Source: Octopus bimaculoides
Taxonomy: Eukaryota
Direction: 5' to 3'
Length of the DNA stretch: 48,661 nucleotides
Assembly: GCF_001194135.2 (NCBI RefSeq)
Contig: NC_068983.1
Span: forward strand, 15,796,359-15,845,019
Part shown: piece by piece, positions 38,976 to 47,200 of the stretch
Numbering within the stretch: position 1 is the first letter of the stretch
Layout of the letters: the number at the start of each line of letters is the position of its first letter
Notes under the pieces: model-generated
What the model saw: the letters and a program-made list of their open reading frames with translations, nothing else
What the model was told of the DNA's origin: nothing
Databases searched by the model: none
Position numbers and translations under genes: made by a program

Positions 38976-40902
38976 TGTCGCCGTCATCATCATCATCATC
39001 ATCATCATCATCGTCGTCATCGTTGCTGTTTCATCGAAACTGAACGTGCAGTGGGAGCTCCGTGACAGTTAGGGGCGAGTAAGAGCGACAACGTTCTTGG
39101 GGAAACCCTGCTTGGTCTGTTCTGAAGGACTTTTGATCCAGGAGGTATTATTACCAGTTTGCGATAAGCTCTACAGATAGGGAAGTGCCGTCAGTCAGGC
39201 CTCCCCAAGATCAACGAAACTGTTCAGCAACCACTCGTCTAGTACTCGAGCATTGCTGACTTGCGCAATTATGTCGAACACCTGCTGCCGCAAGTAAGAC
39301 GGTCCAGTGACTAGGGCGAAAGAGATTTTGAGGTGGACAAGGCTGAAAGTACTGAAGTGAAACGTCTTCCTCGTCAAAAAGAAAAGTGAGCGTGGAGAGG
39401 CAAATTCTGCCGTCCAGCAAATTTTGTGAAAAGTGGATGAGAGTGACTCAGATGATCCACGCGGACAGATTTGCTCTGAGGAAGCTCCTGTAAATTGAGA
39501 GAGCAATATAAGCTGAGGACAATATGTTATTGCTGTTGCATAACCCCAGGTCAGTCATCATGTAAACATTGTGGAGGCTCAATGGCCAAGAGGTTAGGGC
39601 AGCGGACTCGCGGTCATAGGATCGCGGTTTCGATTCCCAGACCGGGTGTTGTGAGTGTTTATTGAGCAAAAACACCTAAAGCTCTACGAGGCTCCGGCAG
39701 GGGATGGTGGCGAACCCTGCTGTACTCTTTCACCACAACTTTCTCTCACTCTTACTTCCTGTTTCTGTTGTGCCTGTTATTCAAAAGGTCAGCCTTGTCA
39801 CACTGTGTCACGCTGAATATCCCCGAGAACTACGTTAAGGGTACACGTGTCTGTGGAGTGCTCAACCACTTGCACGTTAATTTCACGAGCAGGCTGTTCC
39901 GTTGATCGGATCAACTGGAACCCTCGACGTCGTAAGCGACGGAGTGCCAACAACAACATCATGTAAACATATGATCAAAAATGATCCACTTGTGATCAAT
40001 CACTTTTTATTCTATTCGTAATGGATCAAGACTACATTATTCATTTTTAAGAAATTAGGGTGTAGTTTGAAGAAGATTTAGTTGCTATTTCTAGCAAATC
40101 AGACAACCGTATTGAGCTTCTTTGTTGACCGTAATTCTAAAACTTGATATTGTTTTATATATATAAAAAAACAAAACCCTCTGCTGTTTTAGGTTTGTTT
40201 AAAGAAACAATGTCTAACCTACAAACTGATGCATCTGACCAAACCCTGGTTTGTTCGTGCTGGTGGATGGGGAGACTGGTCATCTTACACTAAATGCAGC
40301 CGAACTTGTGGCACTGGAGTGCAGTTTGCATTCCGCGATTGTAACAATCCAAAGTAAGTATAAACTATCCGAGACCAATTCATACATACATACATACATA
40401 CATACATACATACACACATCCACATATACATAAATACATACGTACGTCATACATACATACATACATACATACATACATACATACATACATACATACATAC
40501 ATACATAGTGAAAACCTCAATAAAATGTAAACATAATAGACCTGACAGTAATTTTGGATAAACAAGAGAAACTGTGTACAGATGTGGAAATCAGCTGCCC
40601 AACTAAAGATCAGTGAAAAAGGAAATACCTACGCTGAACTATTGAGAAATATACAACTACTCTATCCAGGTTACAAATTCAGGTTTATACCTGTAATTAT
40701 TGGGGTACAGGGATATGTGACACACTGCCTAAATACAAATTTTGAGAAATTAGGCTTCTCAAAACCAGAAAGGAGAATGCTAATTCGAAGACTACAGATC
40801 CAAGCTATCACTGGAACTGTAAAAATCTGTAAAGCTTTCCAGAAGTTTATCATTTAAGTGTATATGAGAGCATGTCTAGACATGCAACTATANNNNNNNN
40901 NN

Positions 40903-40933
<31 letters not shown>

Positions 40934-41510
40934 TTTTTCATATACGTATATGGATGTACATACATACATATGTATATAAGTATGTATAATATTTCCGTAT
41001 GTATATGTATGTCAATACATAGTTTTTTTAAAAATATATTTTGGCTATTTCTGATATTTGTTTCTTATAGACCCATCCAATCAAAATATTGTGACGGTAA
41101 TGAATACAAAGCTAAATTATGTAATGAACAAGTGAGTAATATTAGCTATTTAAAAAAAAGTTATCTCTGTTCATATATGAAAATTTCTGATAATATATTT
41201 TTCTGTTCGTAAATGTTTCGGATTATTTCCACTTACTGCACTATATGCTTTTCATTACGTAATTTAAATAGTTCAAAGGTCTTGTTTTAAATTCCTTTTC
41301 TACACATAGCAAAATATTAAACAAATGATTGTTAATTGATCAAAATTCTTATCAAGTCATAAAATTAACAGTAACAAAGAACAAAAGGATGTAGTCAAGA
41401 AATGTATTAGTTTCACGCTTAGTTAAAGGAGAGAGTTTTTGACGTTTCTAGCATAGCACTTCGTCGGAAAGGAAATGAGTAAAGACCAAAGAAGGAAAAA
41501 AGAAAAAGCG

Positions 41511-41555
<45 letters not shown>

Positions 41556-42857
41556 NNNNNNNNNNNNNNNNNNNNNNNNNNNNNNNNNNNNNNNNNNNNN
41601 NNNNNNNNNNNNNNNNNNNNNNNNNNNNNNNNNNNNNNNNNNNNNNNNNNNNNNNNNNNNNNNNNNNNNNNNNNNNNNNNNNNNNNNNNNNNNNNNNNNN
41701 NNNNNNNNNNNNNNNNNNNNNNNNNNNNNNNNNNNNNNNNNNNNNNNNNNNNNNNNNNNNNNNNNNNNNNNNNNNNNNNNNNNNNNNNNNNNNNNNNNNN
41801 NNNNNNNNNNNNNNNNNNNNNNNNNNNNNNNNNNNNNNNNNNNNNNNNNNNNNNNNNNNNNNNNNNNNNNNNNNNNNNNNNNNNNNNNNNNNNNNNNNNN
41901 NNNNNNNNNNNNNNNNNNNNNNNNNNNNNNNNNNNNNNNNNNNNNNNNNNNNNNNNNNNNNNNNNNNNNNNNNNNNNNNNNNNNNNNNNNNNNNNNNNNN
42001 NNNNNNNNNNNNNNNNNNNNNNNNNNNNNNNNNNNNNNNNNNNNNNNNNNNNNNNNNNNNNNNNNNNNNNNNNNNNNNNNNNNNNNNNNNNNNNNNNNNN
42101 NNNNNNNNNNNNNNNNNNNNNNNNNNNNNNNNNNNNNNNNNNNNNNNNNNNNNNNNNNNNNNNNNNNNNNNNNNNNNNNNNNNNNNNNNNNNNNNNNNNN
42201 NNNNNNNNNNNNNNNNNNNNNNNNNNNNNNNNNNNNNNNNNNNNNNNNNNNNNNNNNNNNNNNNNNNNNNNNNNNNNNNNNNNNNNNNNNNNNNNNNNNN
42301 NNNNNNNNNNNNNNNNNNNNNNNNNNNNNNNNNNNATATATATATATATATATATGCATGTATGCATGTATGCTTGCATGCATGTATGTATGTATGTATG
42401 TATGTATGTATGTACGTATAATTTTCTCCTGAACAGCCATGTCCTAGTGATCCAGCCTCTTACGATACTATAAGGAAGGCCAGAGCTGATGAGACATGCA
42501 AACGCTTGATCGATGATGGTTCATTAAACGCTACAATATTTAAACCAACTGGAAAGGCTTATGGTGGTACAGGTAAGTATCTATGTTTCGGAATTTACTT
42601 ATTGATGGCAAAATTAAATCTCCCCGCTAAAATTTAAGGCTTCTATGGACTATTATTCAACTAATAATTAACCTCATGTTATGTTTTTAATTACTTTAAT
42701 TTTCATTGCTTTTATGTCCCCGATTGCTTCCAGATGCTCTACCTAACTACATACTTGTCTGCCTGTCTGTCTGTCTATCTATCTATATACCTATCTACGT
42801 ACGTACGTACCTACCTACATATCTACTGCCTATCTAGCTCTCTACTTATCTGTCACC

Positions 42858-42899
<42 letters not shown>

Positions 42900-43072
42900 A
42901 GAACTCACACACAAAAAAACAACAGGCGAAGACAGGTGGTGTTGAAAACAAATAGATGTATTAGTTTAACGCTCGGGAATTGAGAAAGTCTTTAGCGTTT
43001 CGAGCGTACGCTCTTCTACAGAAAAGAACACGGAAAGAAACAAGGAGAGAAAAAAATGTGTGTAGTGGTCAG

Positions 43073-43119
<47 letters not shown>

Positions 43120-44250
43120 TGCATATTCATACTAAAAATTTTCAAGGAAAAGTGTAATTGCGAGTTCGAAATTTCATTTAGTGTCGGCTTCGTCGGGTAG
43201 TCTGAGAAGCTTCTCACACTATTTCCCTATCTATCTATCTGCCTTTATCCCTCTCCACTTCTCTCTCTCACACTGTCTGTAGTTCTCTCTCCACACACAC
43301 ACATACACACACAACACAAATAAACTATTTTATTTTCCAATTCGAAGCAAACGAATCTTTTGTTTTTTATCAAAGGTTACGACAACGATTGCGATGTTCA
43401 CTGCGACAACAGCAAAAGACACAGCCGTGACGCTATTTTACCAGACGGGACGCCATGTAAACAGCCTGATCCGGAATTTAATGTAGCTGGTGCGTCTAAT
43501 TTAAAGCTGCACTGTTTCAGAGGGAAGTGTCAGGTAGGGACAAGTTTAATCAAGATTGGTCGTCTCATTTTTGGCATAAGTTTTTTTTGTATGTATTTTG
43601 ACTTTTGTTTTCTACTTTCTGGATTTGTAAGAAGAAGCAGCACTCTTAGCTTCGCAGGCCTTTCGAGATAACGACTCTGGGGGTTATTAATGTTTCACTT
43701 AAACTCAGATATGTACTCTGCAGAAGGATGGATAACTAAGAAGAGAAAGAGGGAGAAAATTTAGCTTAGATACAAAGCAATCAAAAGACTGGAAGTCTCT
43801 CAAGAGAGATTCCTGTTCACTCAGAATGCCTGAATCTTACATTACTTCAAACAAGAATTACTAGCGTACTTAATCTATGCTGACATGAAAAGATGACCAA
43901 TTAAATACTTTGCATGTCTTCAAGGATATGTGGGACCTTTATGTTTTAGCAGAATGTAATATATTTCTAAACGATATTTTCGCCACACTCTATTTGAAAA
44001 AGGTGATTGAGACTGATGAAGACAGACAGATTCGTGGTTAGCCCTCAACCAAAACATACGGCGGTTTGTATATATATAGTCCCTTTTTGCATAATTCTTC
44101 TTCATGTCCTTTTTGTACTTCTTCTTTTGTTTTCACTTTTTTTTTCTGCTCTCAATACTCCCTCGTTCCTAACTGTCACTAGCAAAGTTTCTTTACTTTG
44201 GACTAGGTATCTCATTAAGCTTTCGAGTTCGATACGCACGCAGTCTTTCA

Positions 44251-44288
<38 letters not shown>

Positions 44289-47200
44289 CATTATTTTTTA
44301 AAAATTGATATGTTTGCGGGTTATTGACATCACGCCCTGGAGGAATGAATAAGATGACAGGAGAATATCATCAAATTTATACAAAACTGTTTGATTGAAT
44401 ATTCTTCTTTCTCTCTTTTTCTTTTCTTTTTCTGTCGTCTTCCTTTTTCTTTCTTTCTTTCTGCTTATTAAAAAATTGACAATAGCTGATGATGTCATTC
44501 TATCAACGTATGGACGCTGGTTACTCACGTTCATAGTTTACGTTTGGTTTCTGAAATTTTGAATTTTCAATCACCTTTTGGTTTGAACTTGAAAAAGACA
44601 GACGTTCTGTCGAAATATTGNNNNNNNNNNNNNNNNNNNNNNNNNNNNNNNNNNNNNNNNNNNNNNNNNNNNNNNNNNNNNNNNNNNNNNNNNNNNNNNN
44701 NNNNNNNNNNNNNNNNNNNNNNNNNNNNNNNNNNNNNNNNNNNNNNNNNNNNNNNNNNNNNNNNNNNNNNNNNNNNNNNNNNNNNNNNNNNNNNNNNNNN
44801 NNNNNNNNNNNNNNNNNNNNNNNNNNNNNNNNNNNNNNNNNNNNNNNNNNNNNNNNNNNNNNNNNNNNNNNNNNNNNNNNNNNNNNNNNNNNNNNNNNNN
44901 NNNNNNNNNNNNNNNNNNNNNNNNNNNNNNNNNNNNNNNNNNNNNNNNNNNNNNNNNNNNNNNNNNNNNNNNNNNNNNNNNNNNNNNNNNNNNNNNNNNN
45001 NNNNNNNNNNNNNNNNNNNNNNNNNNNNNNNNNNNNNNNNNNNNNNNNNNNNNNNNNNNNNNNNNNNNNNNNNNNNNNNNNNNNNNNNNNNNNNNNNNNN
45101 NNNNNNNNNNNNNNNNNNNNNNNNNNNNNNNNNNNNNNNNNNNNNNNNNNNNNNNNNNNNNNNNNNNNNNNNNNNNNNNNNNNNNNNNNNNNNNNNNNNN
45201 NNNNNNNNNNNNNNNNNNNNNNNNNNNNNNNNNNNNNNNNNNNNNNNNNNNNNNNNNNNNNNNNNNNNNNNNNNNNNNNNNNNNNNNNNNNNNNNNNNNN
45301 NNNNNNNNNNNNNNNNNNNNNNNNNNNNNNNNNNNNNNNNNNNNNNNNNNNNNNNNNNNNNNNNNNNNNNNNNNNNNNNNNNNNNNNNNNNNNNNNNNNN
45401 NNNNNNNNNNNNNNNNNNNNNNNNNNNNNNNNNNNNNNNNNNNNNNNNNNNNNNNNNNNNNNNNNNNNNNNNNNNNNNNNNNNNNNNNNNNNNNNNNNNN
45501 NNNNNNNNNNNNNNNNNNNNNNNNNNNNNNNNNNNNNNNNNNNNNNNNNNNNNNNNNNNNNNNNNNNNNNNNNNNNNNNNNNNNNNNNNNNNNNNNNNNN
45601 NNNNNNATTTGATCAGTCAAAAATGCGAGCACATTTAAGATTTTGCCTCGAAAACAATAAATTTGTTCCTTTCCCGAAAGTAAAGGTTTTTCAAATGTCT
45701 ACTAATACCACAGACGTCACTCACTTTCTATCATCCACCCAGAAATGGATTACCCCTAGAAAGACGAGTAAAAATTGTAACGTCTCACATGACCATTCAG
45801 AACAAATTTTGTCACTGAATAGGTTCCACGTTTTAAGTGAAGATTACGAGCAACACCCAAAAAGTAGTCAGGAATCTAAAGAAAAAAAGACTCTGAAAAC
45901 CACTTGCCCGAGAAAAACCATCACATTAGAGAATAAGTCGCTTATTAATTTATCCAAATTAAAACTTTCGCCCGACGATGTCTCAGTCTTAGAGCTTGGA
46001 TTGAGTTTTTGCCCAAGCACTAAAAATTTCGACAAGAATAAACTAGCTGAAAGGCTATTTCAGTTTGTCCGCCGCCACAAGCTGAAAGAATATTTTTCTG
46101 AGAAAACTGGTAACGAGGCGGCAGAAAACCCTATATTTCCTAAAAATAATGATGATATCGAATCTGGCATAATTGGATTGAAAAGAATCCAGATAAAGTC
46201 CGGGAGGGACGTTCACAAGCACTACTAGAATTTCTTGAATCTTGTCAGGCAGGCATTAGAGAAAGCCTTAAAACAAGTGGAAAGAAATCCTGGAATAACC
46301 TCACAAATTCCCAACGTTACGCACTCCGACGTCTAGCTAATAACGATTCTATTGTTATTAAGATGGCGGATAAGGGAGGCGCTATCGTCATTATGGACAA
46401 AAGTGAGTATATTTCGGCTTGTGAAGAAGTTTTAAATGACTCCAAGAAAACGAACATTGGAGTATCTACACGCTGTACCTTAAAGAACAGCCGCAAGAGA
46501 GGTAAGCCCTGTTCATTGTGCAACAACATGAGTGAAGTGAACACCATCNNNNNNNNNNNNNNNNNNNNNNNNNNNNNNNNNNNNNNNNNNNNNNNNNNNN
46601 NNNNNNNNNNNNNNNNNNNNNNNNNNNNNNNNNNNNNNNNNNNNNNNNNNNNNNNNNNNNNNNNNNNNNNNNNNNNNNNNNNNNNNNNNNNNNNNNNNNN
46701 NNNNNNNNNNNNNNNNNNNNNNNNNNNNNNNNNNNNNNNNNNNNNNNNNNNNNNNNNNNNNNNNNNNNNNNNNNNNNNNNNNNNNNNNNNNNNNNNNNNN
46801 NNNNNNNNNNNNNNNNNNNNNNNNNNNNNNNNNNNNNNNNNNNNNNNNNNNNNNNNNNNNNNNNNNNNNNNNNNNNNNNNNNNNNNNNNNNNNNNNNNNN
46901 NNNNNNNNNNNNNNNNNNNNNNNNNNNNNNNNNNNNNNNNNNNNNNNNNNNNNNNNNNNNNNNNGTATGAGGAGAAATATGTTTGCGGGTTATTGACATC
47001 ACGCCCTGGAGGAATGAATAAGATGACAGGAGAATATCATCAAATTTATACAAAACTGTTTGATTGAATATTCTTCTTTCTCTCTTTTTCTTTTCTTTTT
47101 CTGTCGTCTTCCTTTTTCTTTCTTTCTTTCTGCTTATTAAAAAACTGGCAAAAGCTGATGATGTCATTCTATCAACGTATGGACGCTGGTTACTCACGTT

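Noticed and set aside
20198-39660. tRNA genes at 20198, 22107 and 39571
   Set aside because: A/B boxes are present but continue into repeated SINE bodies and tails; no complete cloverleaf.
44486-44520. CUGAUGA followed by a GUC/GAC stem inside the pLTR (also near 47155)
   Set aside because: No GAAA or stem III follows, so it is not a complete hammerhead.
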